A stretch of 64,000 nt of DNA from Phycisphaerae bacterium (GCA_016342495.1 JAEIOG010000012.1:2832-66831); one strand, 5' to 3'; positions 27,872-37,384 are shown, numbered from the stretch's first letter. The notes: a model not told the origin generated them from the letters alone. Numbers and translations are program-made.

Positions 27872-28235
27872 TCCAGACACCTCCCTGAACAACTCAGTAA
27901 ACTTCTTACATGCGACAAACTATCTTAATTTCCTCGCATTATGAAATAAAATCTCAATTATTTGAAAAACCGCCTTCTAGAGCGTAAAACCCTCTTAAGG
28001 TCATACCAAAACTACATTTTACCTACCTAGCCAGCTAAATGCAACTATTCAGAACATAATTTTCAAAATAATACTTCTCCCATAAAATCCTTTATCACAA
28101 CCCCCCACCAGCCTCACCAGAGCCTACTAACCCCATATTACCCTAATATATGGCTCATATATATAAAGAACCACCAGAAAGATCTGGTAAAGCTGTGGTA
28201 CATACTGATCTAATAATCATTTTAAAAACGTCTTT

Positions 28236-28245
28236 GTGGACGATA
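28236..28245. repeat. Candidate integrase arm-type site (TGGACGATAT)
   Basis: Exact 10-mer shared with 30176-30185. It lies about 140 bp upstream of the xis start. Confidence 0.4.
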
Positions 28246-28383
28246 TCCCTTCCTAAACCTATCAAATCATCCTCCAAAAAGTTAAACTTTTTTTCAAATC
28301 CCCCATTTTTACTCTGAATAGTGAAAAACAATTCCTTAAAATAGAACTTATAATCGTTAATCCTAACTATAAAAGAGGTTTAT

Positions 28384-28656
28384 ATGAAAGGAAAAGATAA
28401 AGTAGGGCAGTACCAAACATTAAGCTATTTCGCAGATGGGGCACCTGTCCCAGACTTGCTAACAGAGGAAGAGGCGATCCGTTTTTTACGATTGGATGAT
28501 GGGGGAACTAAATATCCAGCCACAACCTTGGAGTATTACCGCTCAGAAGGGATGCTCAGAGGTACCAGAGTAGGTAAAAGGCTTAGATATCTAAAATCAG
28601 AGCTAATCAATTTTCTTGAAATTCAAACCCAAAGAACAAATGGAGAAGTTTCCTGA
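28384..28656 (+). CDS. xis: Excisionase-type helix-turn-helix DNA-binding protein
   Basis: 90 aa. LLTEEEAIRFLRLD...GTRVGKRLRYLKSELINFLE (MerR/excisionase-like HTH). Directly upstream of the integrase. Confidence 0.7.
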   Translation: MKGKDKVGQYQTLSYFADGAPVPDLLTEEEAIRFLRLDDGGTKYPATTLEYYRSEGMLRGTRVGKRLRYLKSELINFLEIQTQRTNGEVS

Positions 28657-28719
28657 TTGCCGCTTGAATGTGATTTATCGCAGCGGTAGTATTGGGCACT
28701 AATTTTGAGGAATTCAGAT

Positions 28720-29949
28720 ATGCATATACGAAACGATGTGGTTGTAAGTAAAAATAAAAGAAGCAAAAGTCGCCCCTGGACTGTTCGCTGGTGGGGTAAA
28801 TATGATATAATTATTGAAAAGCAGCCCAGGCACAGCAAGTCATTTTCTACCAAGAAAAAGGCTGAAAAATATGCTCAATCATTAAAAGATGACATCTATG
28901 ATGGCATCTCGGTTGAACCAATGAATATAACAGTAGCTAAGCTCTGGGAGAAATATCTTAACATCGAAAAGAATAAACTTGAGCCTTCCAGTCTCAGCAA
29001 CTATCGACAAACGGCAGGCAGGCTCATAAATTATTTTGGTTCACATAGGAATATTAAATCAATTAATAAAGAACAGGCTGAAGAATTTCTCGCTGATATT
29101 AAACTCTTAGACGGCAAAGGTCCTTCGGACTCTACCAGAGCCAGGCACTTGAGAAATGCCAAGCTCATTTTCAACAAAGCGGTCGAATGGGAATATATCC
29201 GAAAGAATCCCTTTAAGGGGATTAAATTAGGCAAACCGGAAACTGAAGACTGGCGTTTTATTACCCCAGATGAGTTTAAATGCTTAATAAATGCAATTGA
29301 CTCAATCCCAATCCGAATCAAGGTTGAAAAACTGGGCTACGAACGTAAAACCATGCTCAAAGCCTTTTACTCGATTATGTATGGATGTGGTTTAAGATTT
29401 GGGGAAGCTGCCAATTTGATGTGGGACAACGGAAATATTGATTTTATTAACTCAAAAATCAATTTATCCAATAGGAATAGTAGTAAAGAGTTACCTCCCT
29501 TCAAGTTGAAAAATCATCAAGCCAGAACTATTCATGCCCCAAATTGGGTTATGGGTCCACTAAAAAACCTGAAAGAAATATCCAGTCCCAATAGTCCCTT
29601 TGTCTTTTTGAATCCAACAAGGCTGGGTTATGTAAAAGCCAAATGGCAGGAACTCAAAGAGCAGGGCAGAGAAGATAAATGGCTCAACAGTATGATGATT
29701 CTTAATACCCACAGAAAATTTCATCTTTACTGTCAGAAAGCTGGTATCATTACTAACGATAGATTGTCGGTTCATTGCTTAAGGAAATCTTATGGAACCA
29801 ATTTAGCTGACGCCGGAACTCCAGTTCATACATTAAAAGATATGATGGGGCACTCTGATATAAAAACTACAATGTCTTTTTACATCAAATCAACCGATGC
29901 TAACAAGCAAAAAGCAGTTGAAGCTTTGGAGCGGATGATGGGGGCGTAA
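28720..29949 (+). CDS. int: Tyrosine integrase (phage/ICE type)
   Basis: The track start at 28705 is an alternative start codon (TTG); the first ATG is at 28720. Catalytic boxes GLRFGEAANLMW, HCLRKSYGTNL and GHSDIKTTMSFYIK. Adjacent to the tRNA gene. Confidence 0.88.
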   Translation: MHIRNDVVVSKNKRSKSRPWTVRWWGKYDIIIEKQPRHSKSFSTKKKAEKYAQSLKDDIYDGISVEPMNITVAKLWEKYLNIEKNKLEPSSLSNYRQTAGRLINYFGSHRNIKSINKEQAEEFLADIKLLDGKGPSDSTRARHLRNAKLIFNKAVEWEYIRKNPFKGIKLGKPETEDWRFITPDEFKCLINAIDSIPIRIKVEKLGYERKTMLKAFYSIMYGCGLRFGEAANLMWDNGNIDFINSKINLSNRNSSKELPPFKLKNHQARTIHAPNWVMGPLKNLKEISSPNSPFVFLNPTRLGYVKAKWQELKEQGREDKWLNSMMILNTHRKFHLYCQKAGIITNDRLSVHCLRKSYGTNLADAGTPVHTLKDMMGHSDIKTTMSFYIKSTDANKQKAVEALERMMGA

Positions 29950-30174
29950 GAATAAAATATTTTATCATTTTAATTATTTTCATTACTCGTTCCCCAAAAA
30001 AATATTTCTCTCAACCTGAAGTTAGAATCTCATGATAATGTCACCAATGATAAACATTTACTGCTTATTACACTTTTTGAGTATTTAAACAAGTAAAAAT
30101 GTTAAAATAGATAGTTTTGATATTAGCATCACCAACTCCCTCCTCACCAGCTATCCACTCCCAACTAAAATAAA

Positions 30175-30194
30175 CTGGACGATATCTGGACGAT
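30175..30194. repeat. Tandem direct repeat CTGGACGAT-at-CTGGACGAT (candidate integrase arm-type sites)
   Basis: ctggacgat at 30175-30183 and again at 30186-30194, between the int stop and tRNA-Phe. Confidence 0.5.
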
Positions 30195-30228
30195 TTACCT
30201 TTGAAAAACTCAAGAAATTAATCATTTA

Positions 30229-30269
30229 AAATAAAAAACCCTCATTTCTGCATTAGAAACGAGGGTTTT
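30229..30269 (-). terminator. Intrinsic terminator just downstream of tRNA-Phe
   Basis: Arms aaaaccctc (30235-30243) and gagggtttt (30261-30269), with an inner tttct/agaaa extension. On the minus strand the stem is followed by a U-run. Confidence 0.65.
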
Positions 30270-30273
30270 CATA

Positions 30274-30346
30274 TGGGCAGAACTGGACTTGAACCAGCGA
30301 CACAGGGATTTTCAATCCCCCGCTCTACCAACTGAGCTACCCGCCC
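30274..30346 (-). tRNA. tRNA-Phe (anticodon GAA)
   Basis: The reverse complement folds by hand into a 73-nt cloverleaf: acceptor GGGCGGG/UCUGCCC, D-arm GCUC/GAGC, anticodon stem GGGGA/UCCCU with loop UUGAAAA, T-arm GCUGG/CCAGU with loop UUCAAGU, discriminator A. CCA is not encoded. Confidence 0.9.
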
Positions 30347-30639
30347 AGGGTAAATTTGAATGACAATTTGCTCACTCAAATTGAGCATAGTATTTTACTG
30401 ATACAGGTTGTTTCATGCAAGGAAATTTTAGCAATTTTCTAAAAAATCATCTCTTTAATGGCAACAATGGGCATAAAATAGCCGAATTTTGATTCGTTTC
30501 TCCCTTTTCTTCATTAAAAAATAACTTTTCAGTCAAAGTAGTATGTTCATTTTAATCATTATCTTGACCTTAGCTGACGGTCTGTTAGAATGTAACAGGC
30601 TACTTCAATGATAAACTTTGTTATAGTGATGGTCTATTT

Positions 30640-32373
30640 ATGATAACTAATTTGACATTTTTTGATATTCCTGGTGACATTCGTGCTGCGATGGCTGTTG
30701 GCTTCGCAACTAAGCTAGCTAATGGTACCCTTGATATCAAAGCAACAGCCAATACTCCCGCCTTAGCTGATCCCATTGCCATTGCCGTGATGGCCGAACA
30801 TGGCATCGACATATCTAATATAAAAATTCAAAATATTGCCAAAAATAACACCCCAGGTGACATTATCGTTTCCATGTCTGCCGATTCCAGACCCGATGGG
30901 CCTGCGATCCCAGGTCTGGCCATCAGAATTGACTGGGACATACCAAAAATTTCCAAAGTCGATAACATCGAGCATTATCGTTTTGTATGCAATGATATTC
31001 GCAAGCACGTCAACAGCTTATTCCAGACATCGCTATTGCCCGTGGTTGTCGATCTTAAAAGAACTAATGAACTTATTCTGGATCATTTCACCGAAGGCGT
31101 TCTGGTTCATGATACCAATCGCATTATCACCTGGTTTAATAAAGCCGCCGAAGAAATTACCGGCTTTGACCGCAAAGAAGTTCTGGGTCGTGATTGCCAT
31201 GATGTTTTTAGCGGTGGGTTCTGTGCCGGGAAATGTTCATTTTGTGATAACGACATAACTCCAAATATGAATAATTGTTCTTATGCTCTAAACTTTAACG
31301 CAAAAGATGGTTCAAAGAAACAACTGAATATGTCGGTGCAGGCTCTTCGAGATAGAGACAATGTCTTTCAGGGTATCCTTGCTTGTTTTAAAGATGTTAC
31401 CGAAGTCGAGCATTTACGCCGCAGGCTTAAAAAGGTTCAAAGCTTCCATGGCATCATTGGTCGTAACGAAAAAATGCAGGAAGTTTATGAACTGGTCCGC
31501 GATCTGGCCGACAGCAATGTTCCTGTTTTAGTATTAGGCGAAAGCGGTACCGGCAAAGAACTTATCGCAGGGGCCATTCATGGTGAAAGTGATCGTGCCG
31601 GGAAAACTTTCGTGACGGTTAATTGTGGCGCTTTACCCGAGGGTATTTTAGAAAGCGAATTGTTTGGACATGTCAAAGGTGCCTTCACCGGTGCTATTCG
31701 TGACAAAAAAGGGCGATTTGAATTAGCTGATGGTGGCACGCTTTTCCTTGATGAAATTGGCGAACTAAGTCAAAATATGCAAGTTAAACTCTTGCGGGTT
31801 TTGCAGGAAGGAACCTTTGAACCCGTTGGCGGCGAACATCAGGTTACTGTTGATGTCCGTGTGCTAAGTGCGACTAATCGTGATCTGCGTGACATGGTTA
31901 AAAAAGGTTTATTCCGTGAAGATTTATTCTATCGATTAAATGTAGTACCAATCGAATTGCCAGCTTTAAGAGACCGACGCAATGATATCCCGCTTTTAGT
32001 GGATTTTTATGTTAATCGATTTATCAGTGAATCTAACCGGGATATTCAGGGTATTGCCGCTGAAACTATGGATAAAATGATCGATTATCGTTGGCCCGGT
32101 AATATCCGTGAATTACAGAATGCGATTCGATACGCATTTGTCAAATGCAAAGGTGAAACGATTATGCCTGAACATCTTCCGCCGGAAATTTACAATTATA
32201 ATATGCCAACTACGGTCGCTAAAAAATCATCCCGCAAAAAAATACTTGATGTCGAAAAAGTCAGGCAGGCATTAAAATCGACCAATGGAAATAAAACCCT
32301 CGCCGCTGAAAAACTCGGCGTTGGCCGCGCAACTCTACACCGCTTCATTAAATCCGACATGCCTGGATACTAA
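30640..32373 (+). CDS. Sigma54-dependent transcriptional activator (degenerate ArsC/LMW-PTP-like domain, PAS, AAA+, Fis-type HTH)
   Basis: 577 aa. AAA+ motifs [21 protein letters not shown] and ESELFGH. C-terminal [24 protein letters not shown]. The N-terminal 130 aa align by eye with thioredoxin-coupled ArsC. Confidence 0.88.
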   Translation: MITNLTFFDIPGDIRAAMAVGFATKLANGTLDIKATANTPALADPIAIAVMAEHGIDISNIKIQNIAKNNTPGDIIVSMSADSRPDGPAIPGLAIRIDWDIPKISKVDNIEHYRFVCNDIRKHVNSLFQTSLLPVVVDLKRTNELILDHFTEGVLVHDTNRIITWFNKAAEEITGFDRKEVLGRDCHDVFSGGFCAGKCSFCDNDITPNMNNCSYALNFNAKDGSKKQLNMSVQALRDRDNVFQGILACFKDVTEVEHLRRRLKKVQSFHGIIGRNEKMQEVYELVRDLADSNVPVLVLGESGTGKELIAGAIHGESDRAGKTFVTVNCGALPEGILESELFGHVKGAFTGAIRDKKGRFELADGGTLFLDEIGELSQNMQVKLLRVLQEGTFEPVGGEHQVTVDVRVLSATNRDLRDMVKKGLFREDLFYRLNVVPIELPALRDRRNDIPLLVDFYVNRFISESNRDIQGIAAETMDKMIDYRWPGNIRELQNAIRYAFVKCKGETIMPEHLPPEIYNYNMPTTVAKKSSRKKILDVEKVRQALKSTNGNKTLAAEKLGVGRATLHRFIKSDMPGY

Positions 32374-32689
32374 GTCTTTTAAAATGCCAGGGATAGATCA
32401 ATCATCATTACCACTATATGTTGCCAACTCAGCTCAGCGTTTATTCGCCCAATCTGCCAAATCCGTGTTCTATTCTTAAATTTTCCCCCTGCCAGAAAAT
32501 AATCTCACCCCCCACTCCTAATGTACTCAATTAATATGGTTGTGTCAGGGCCAATTGATTGATATAATTAAACACTCTGTGCGAACGTATAGGCACAATA
32601 TCAGCAAAATCGCTATTTGCGACGCTGTAATGCGGTTTTCCGCCTGAAAACAAAAACCGAAACTGTATTAATAATGGATAATAACGTAG

Positions 32690-33448
32690 ATGGCTAAATT
32701 TGCTGTTATCTCTGACCTGCATTCTAACCTCGAAGCGCTGACCGCTGTCTTTGAAGATATTGACAAACGCAATGTCAAAGAAGTCTTCTGTCTGGGTGAT
32801 ATTGTAGGATATGGACCAAACCCGCGTGAATGTCTGGACCTTATAATCGACAGAAATGTCGTTAGTATTATGGGAAACCACGACCATGCTGTCTTTTATG
32901 AACCTACTAACTTCAACGTTGGTGCCGAACGTGCCAGCTACTGGACCCGCCAATGCCTGGACGATGAACCCGACCGCGAAAAACGTAACCGCCGATGGGC
33001 TTTTTTGGCCCGGCTCTCCATTAGGCTCCAAATGAGCGATATTATGATGGTGCATGGCTCACCGCGTAGACCGGTAAATGAATATATTTTCCCCGATGAT
33101 ATATATAATAATACCTCAAAAATAGTGGCTATCTTTGAGCTCGTCGACCATTTATGCTTTGTTGGCCATACCCATGTCCCTGGTGTATTCCTGGACGACC
33201 CGGATTTCTACAGCGTATCCGAATTGGAATATGTCTATAAAATTTGCAAAGAAGAAAAAGCTATTATCAATGTTGGCTCCGTCGGTCAGCCTCGCGACCA
33301 GGACACCCGCGCCAGCTATGTCGTTGTTGATGATGAAAAGATAGAATTCTGCCGCGTCGAATATGACATTGAAAAAACGGTTAAAGCTATTATGGGCACA
33401 CCAGCCCTGGATGATTTTGAAGGCCTGCGCCTTCGCGATGGAAGATAA
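32690..33448 (+). CDS. Metallophosphoesterase (calcineurin-like, YfcE/MJ0936-type)
   Basis: Motifs AVISDLHSN, LGDIVGYGP, GNHD, MVHGSP and GHTHVP. Confidence 0.85.
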   Translation: MAKFAVISDLHSNLEALTAVFEDIDKRNVKEVFCLGDIVGYGPNPRECLDLIIDRNVVSIMGNHDHAVFYEPTNFNVGAERASYWTRQCLDDEPDREKRNRRWAFLARLSIRLQMSDIMMVHGSPRRPVNEYIFPDDIYNNTSKIVAIFELVDHLCFVGHTHVPGVFLDDPDFYSVSELEYVYKICKEEKAIINVGSVGQPRDQDTRASYVVVDDEKIEFCRVEYDIEKTVKAIMGTPALDDFEGLRLRDGR

Positions 33449-33548
33449 AAACAATTGGCCTTGCGAACTTATCGCAGGGCTTATTAATATAATTTGAACT
33501 TCACCACAACGATTTTCAACCAAACCTCGAATTTGAAAAGTATAAAAT

Positions 33549-35567
33549 ATGGATCAAGATACTCTAAAAAGATTTACGACTTCAATGATATTGTGCATGG
33601 GACTTTTGTTTGCATGGCAATATTTTAACTCCCCCAAAAAAGATGACCAGCCCGCTAAACAAGATCAGCAGCAATCTTCAACCGATACTGAAAATGCAAG
33701 CAAATCCAGCGATGACCCCGCCACATTAACCGCTCCCACTGGCCAATGGTCCCTTGTTGCGGTTCCCGAAACCAGGAATGTCACCATGGGCTCCCTTGAC
33801 AGCAAAGATGGATATGACGCCCAGATTATTTTTGATTCAGCTACCGGCTCGGTCAGCCAGGTACTCCTGAATCAATATAAATATAAAATTGATGACGAAG
33901 CTAATGGCTACCCCGTATTAAACCCCATCAAAGATGCCGATGACAATATTATCAATTCTTTCATGCTCGAAAAAATGACTATCGAAGGCCTGACCTATCC
34001 TTTTATGCTTAATGGCAAATGCTGGAAAACATCTCAGGTTACCACCGGTTCCGATGGCACCCAATCCGTTTCTTTCACCGCCACTGTTAATGATGGCGAT
34101 GGCAAAGCCGCATTAGAAATCATCAAAAACTTTTCATACAAAAAAAATGATCATGAAATAGATTTCTCCATCAAACTGGTCAATAAATCTACTAACTCCA
34201 TCGACATCAAAGGAATAAAATTCTATGGCCCCGCTGGTGTTCTACGCGAAGATTCCCGTACCGATAGCCGTGCCGTCACTTTGGGACTTTTGGATGAAGA
34301 TAATGAATTCGATACCACAAGGTCGACCGTTAAGGATCTTAATGACAAAAAAGATTTCTTTGGCACAGAAACCTTAACCCTGGAAAACAACCAGAAATTC
34401 CGCTGGTATTCAGTCGGTAACAAATATTTCGCTGCCGGCCTGAGACCTAAAACTTATGAAGACGACAATGCATTATATCTTTCGGAAGGTTCAATTCTCG
34501 CCCAGGGTTTCATCCTTAATGATCCACCCGAAAAACTCACCGGCCCAATTAATACCTTTGGCTTTTCTACCAAATTAAAACCTGCCAAAACCCTCGATGC
34601 CGGCAAAACCGTCACCTTTGATTTCGCCGCCTATGTAGGACCCGTTGAGCGTCAATTCTTCAAAGAAGCAAAATACGCTGGCCTCAATTATGACCAGATG
34701 ACAACAACCCGTTCTTGTGCTTGCTGCACATTTGGATTCTTACAGGTTGCCGTTGTGGGCCTGCTCGATGGCATCCACAAAGTCATCCCTAATTATGGCA
34801 TTGCCGTTATATTCATGGTCTTACTGGTCCGCCTGCTCTTGCACCCAATCAGTAAAAAAAGCCAGGTCAACATGATGTCAATGAGCAAACTTGGCCCCAA
34901 AGTTGAAGAAATCAAAAAGAAATATGCTGGCAACCCTCAGGAAATCCAAAAGCAGACCATGCTGATTTATCGCGAACAGGGTTTCACCCCAATTTTGGGT
35001 TGCCTGCCAATGCTTCTGCAAATGCCGATCTGGATTGCGCTATTTACCACAGTCAGCACTCATATCCCACTTCGGCACAGTGGCATGTTCCCGGCCAGCT
35101 TTGGTTGGCTCAATGACTTATCCGCTCCGGATAAACTTATCGCCTTTAGCTCAATTGGAATCCCCTCTTTTAATTTCCCATTGGTTGGCGAAGTTAATGC
35201 GGTTAATCTGTTGCCAATCCTTCTTGGTGTGGCGATGTTCCTGCAAATGAAATATTCGCCCCAGTCCAACATGCAAACTCAGACCAACCCCCAGGCTGCC
35301 CAACAGCAAAAGATGATGATGTGGATGATGCCGATTATGATGTTCGTGATGTTCTACAATGGCTCCTCTGGCCTGAACCTCTACATCATGGCCTCGACCT
35401 TCGCCGGCCTGATCGAACAACACTTTATTCGCAAACACATAAAAGAAAAAGAAGCTATGGAATCGCTTGCCGGCCCATCAAAAAATGTTATTGTTATCGA
35501 TGGCAAGGCCGCAACCAAAATAGGTGAAAAGAAAAAGAAACCCAAGCCTCCATTCAAAATGAAATAA
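33549..35567 (+). CDS. yidC: Membrane protein insertase YidC
   Basis: 672 aa. N-terminal TM, a large periplasmic domain, and the conserved C-terminal core (LLVRLLLHPISKKSQVNMMSM...GFTPILGCLPMLLQMPIWIALF...SSGLNLYIMASTF) with a basic tail. Confidence 0.9.
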   Translation: MDQDTLKRFTTSMILCMGLLFAWQYFNSPKKDDQPAKQDQQQSSTDTENASKSSDDPATLTAPTGQWSLVAVPETRNVTMGSLDSKDGYDAQIIFDSATGSVSQVLLNQYKYKIDDEANGYPVLNPIKDADDNIINSFMLEKMTIEGLTYPFMLNGKCWKTSQVTTGSDGTQSVSFTATVNDGDGKAALEIIKNFSYKKNDHEIDFSIKLVNKSTNSIDIKGIKFYGPAGVLREDSRTDSRAVTLGLLDEDNEFDTTRSTVKDLNDKKDFFGTETLTLENNQKFRWYSVGNKYFAAGLRPKTYEDDNALYLSEGSILAQGFILNDPPEKLTGPINTFGFSTKLKPAKTLDAGKTVTFDFAAYVGPVERQFFKEAKYAGLNYDQMTTTRSCACCTFGFLQVAVVGLLDGIHKVIPNYGIAVIFMVLLVRLLLHPISKKSQVNMMSMSKLGPKVEEIKKKYAGNPQEIQKQTMLIYREQGFTPILGCLPMLLQMPIWIALFTTVSTHIPLRHSGMFPASFGWLNDLSAPDKLIAFSSIGIPSFNFPLVGEVNAVNLLPILLGVAMFLQMKYSPQSNMQTQTNPQAAQQQKMMMWMMPIMMFVMFYNGSSGLNLYIMASTFAGLIEQHFIRKHIKEKEAMESLAGPSKNVIVIDGKAATKIGEKKKKPKPPFKMK

Positions 35568-35574
35568 AATTTAA

Positions 35575-35605
35575 GCCCGGCGAAATCAATCGTCGGGCTT
35601 TTTTT
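35575..35605 (+). terminator. Intrinsic terminator of yidC
   Basis: gcccggcg (35575-35582) / cgtcgggc (35591-35598) followed by ttttttt. Confidence 0.75.
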
Positions 35606-35612
35606 AATTCAT

Positions 35613-35642
35613 CAAAAAAAACCCTCAACGCAATGTTGAGGG
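35613..35642 (-). terminator. Intrinsic terminator of the aldolase operon
   Basis: ccctcaac (35622-35629) / gttgaggg (35635-35642). On the minus strand it is followed by T8 (complement of aaaaaaaa at 35614-35621). Confidence 0.75.
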
Positions 35643-35673
35643 TCGAAAAATAATCCTTGGGGGACAAGTAGGA

Positions 35674-36564
35674 CTATTTTGTATATTGAGCTTTAAGATC
35701 GTTATACATTTCCAAAGCCTGCTCTGGCTTCATGTTCTTATGTACGACCGCCTGAATCGCTTGAACCATCGCCAGCGGTGAATCGCTCATAAAGATATTA
35801 CGACCCATATCAACACCAGCGGCGCCTTGGTCAATAGCTTTATAACACATCGTCAATGCGTCAAGTTCAGGAATTTTCTTACCGCCTGCGATAACAATCG
35901 GTACCGGGCAAGCTGCAACTACTTCATCAAAACCATCTTCGATAAAGTAAGACTTAATTACATGACAGCCCAGCTCAGCTAAAATACGAGTCGCCAACCC
36001 GAAGTAGCGGGCATCGCGAACCATATCTTTGCCAACCGCGGTGATACCCATAGTTGGTATACCATAACGATTGCCCTGATTGATTAGGTATGACATATTA
36101 GCCAGTGATTCTTTTTCGCATTCGCCACCAATATAAGCCTGGGTGGTGATAATCGCTGAGTTCATTCGAATCGCATCTTCAATTTCGATACCGATGATTT
36201 CATTACTCATTTCTTTAAGAATCGAAGCACCGCTGCTGCACCGCATCGCGATTGGCTTTTTAACCGTTGGCATAATGCTGGTTCGCAAAATACCGCGACT
36301 GCACATCAAACAATCAACGTATGGTTCCAAAGGAGGAATTACCAGATCAATTCTTTCAAGACCAGTTGTTGGCCCCATAATATAACCATGGTCAAAAGCC
36401 AGCATAACTGTTTTGCCATCATTAGGATCAAAAATCTGAGCCAGGCGATTTTTCATCCCCCAGTCAAGATTGCCGCTGCCGCGCAAGAAAAAACCATTAT
36501 CCTGCATTGGCACGCCAACCGCATAATTTTTCATTCCGCCAACACTTACATCTACATCTACCAT
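35674..36564 (-). CDS. Class I aldolase, DhnA/FbaB/LsrF family
   Basis: 296 aa. GMKNRLAQIFDPNDGKTVMLAFDHGYIMGPTTGLE matches the family N-terminal signature. AAGGA RBS. Confidence 0.75.
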   Translation of the reverse strand: MVDVDVSVGGMKNYAVGVPMQDNGFFLRGSGNLDWGMKNRLAQIFDPNDGKTVMLAFDHGYIMGPTTGLERIDLVIPPLEPYVDCLMCSRGILRTSIMPTVKKPIAMRCSSGASILKEMSNEIIGIEIEDAIRMNSAIITTQAYIGGECEKESLANMSYLINQGNRYGIPTMGITAVGKDMVRDARYFGLATRILAELGCHVIKSYFIEDGFDEVVAACPVPIVIAGGKKIPELDALTMCYKAIDQGAAGVDMGRNIFMSDSPLAMVQAIQAVVHKNMKPEQALEMYNDLKAQYTK

Positions 36565-36604
36565 TATTATTTTTCCTTAAAATTTGTAATCTATATTTAG
36601 GCCG

Positions 36605-36649
36605 ATGGGCTATGCCCATGCTGATAAAATATCGTCGCACAGCGACCCC
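36605..36649. repeat. Dispersed hairpin repeat, L-module copy L1 (between aldolase and dhaL)
   Basis: atgggc-tat-gcccat hairpin, then GCTGATAAAAT, then gtcgc-aca-gcgac hairpin. Confidence 0.7.
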
Positions 36650-36652
36650 TTT

Positions 36653-37309
36653 TTAACTTTTTAACGCTTCCAGCATCCCTTTAAATATCAAAGACACACT
36701 TGTTGCCCCCGGGTCTTGATGGCCTAAATTGGCATCGCCGGCATTTTTCGCCCGGCCAAATCTCGCCGAGATATCCTTTGTCGATTCGGCACCGGCCAAA
36801 GCTGCTTTATACCCGGCTTCAAAGATTGTCTTGATGTCATCACTGCCAGATGCAGCTTCAATAGCCTCAACCGCCGGGATCAAAGCATCCATAATAGTCT
36901 TATCGCCAATCGTCGCCTTGGTTTGCTTCTGAATCGAAACCAAACCGCCACGAAATATTTCGCCGGTTTGTTTAGCCGCAATTTCATCGGTAGCAGGTGA
37001 TGCTTCACTCATACCCATAAACAGCGAACCAAACAGCGGACCAGTCGCTCCGCCATCAGTGCCCATAACTGCCCAGGCAATATCCATAAGTAAACTCTGG
37101 AATTGACCGGAAGTATCTTTTTCGATTGCACCGATCAGATTATTCATAGCCCGGGCCATGGTTGTGCCATGGTCGCCATCGCCACCAAAACTATCCAGTT
37201 CACCCAGCATAGCTTCGTTGGCCTTGATCTGACCAGCCGCTGCCAGTAACATTTCTGTAAACTTGCCAATATTAATTGTATTAGCCACAAAATTTCCTTT
37301 CAAACTCAC
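36653..37309 (-). CDS. dhaL: Dihydroxyacetone kinase, ADP-binding subunit DhaL (start codon uncertain, GTG at 37309)
   Basis: DAK2 signature LDSFGGDGDHGTTMARA. Confidence 0.85.
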   Translation of the reverse strand: MSLKGNFVANTINIGKFTEMLLAAAGQIKANEAMLGELDSFGGDGDHGTTMARAMNNLIGAIEKDTSGQFQSLLMDIAWAVMGTDGGATGPLFGSLFMGMSEASPATDEIAAKQTGEIFRGGLVSIQKQTKATIGDKTIMDALIPAVEAIEAASGSDDIKTIFEAGYKAALAGAESTKDISARFGRAKNAGDANLGHQDPGATSVSLIFKGMLEALKS

Positions 37310-37316
37310 AGCTAAG

Positions 37317-37364
37317 ATTCGCTTCGACCATACCGAAAAAAACCATATGAGCGAAGCGAATACC
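37317..37364. repeat. Dispersed repeat, L-module variant L2 (between dhaL and dhaK)
   Basis: 10-bp perfect arms attcgcttcg (37317-37326) / cgaagcgaat (37352-37361). Shares ATATGAGCGAAGCGAATACC with other copies. Confidence 0.65.
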
Positions 37365-37384
37365 TAAACTGTTAATTTTTATGC

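Larger units (their letters stand above)
1..30273. mobile_element. Integrated genomic island (partial; left end not identified) next to tRNA-Phe, carrying defence, methylation and plasmid/ICE-like accessory genes
   Basis: Xis (28384-28656) and tyrosine integrase (28720-29949) lie about 325 bp from tRNA-Phe. Cargo is DISARM-like genes, three DNA MTases, an iteron region and a second recombinase at 170-1084. By eye the region is more AT-rich than the sequence right of the tRNA. No copy of the tRNA 3' end was found inside the window, so the distal att site is unresolved. Confidence 0.6.

Noticed and set aside
1-30273. Searched the intergenic regions (1085-1145, 1667-1733, 4041-4149, 8445-9026, 9688-10036, 11918-12132, 16460-16755, 27893-28383) for a direct repeat of the tRNA-Phe 3' half, to define the distal att site.
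   Set aside because: None was seen by eye, so I make no claim about the left boundary. A computational exact or near-exact repeat search is needed.
32374-32530. 22-nt similarity between 32458-32479 (ccaaatccgtgttctattctta) and 43095-43116 (caaaatccgtgtcctattctta), next to AATCCG mini-repeats at 43060-43100.
   Set aside because: The similarity is real but short. I could not extend it or link it to the L/R repeat family with confidence. It is noted as a possible further repeat and not called as a feature.
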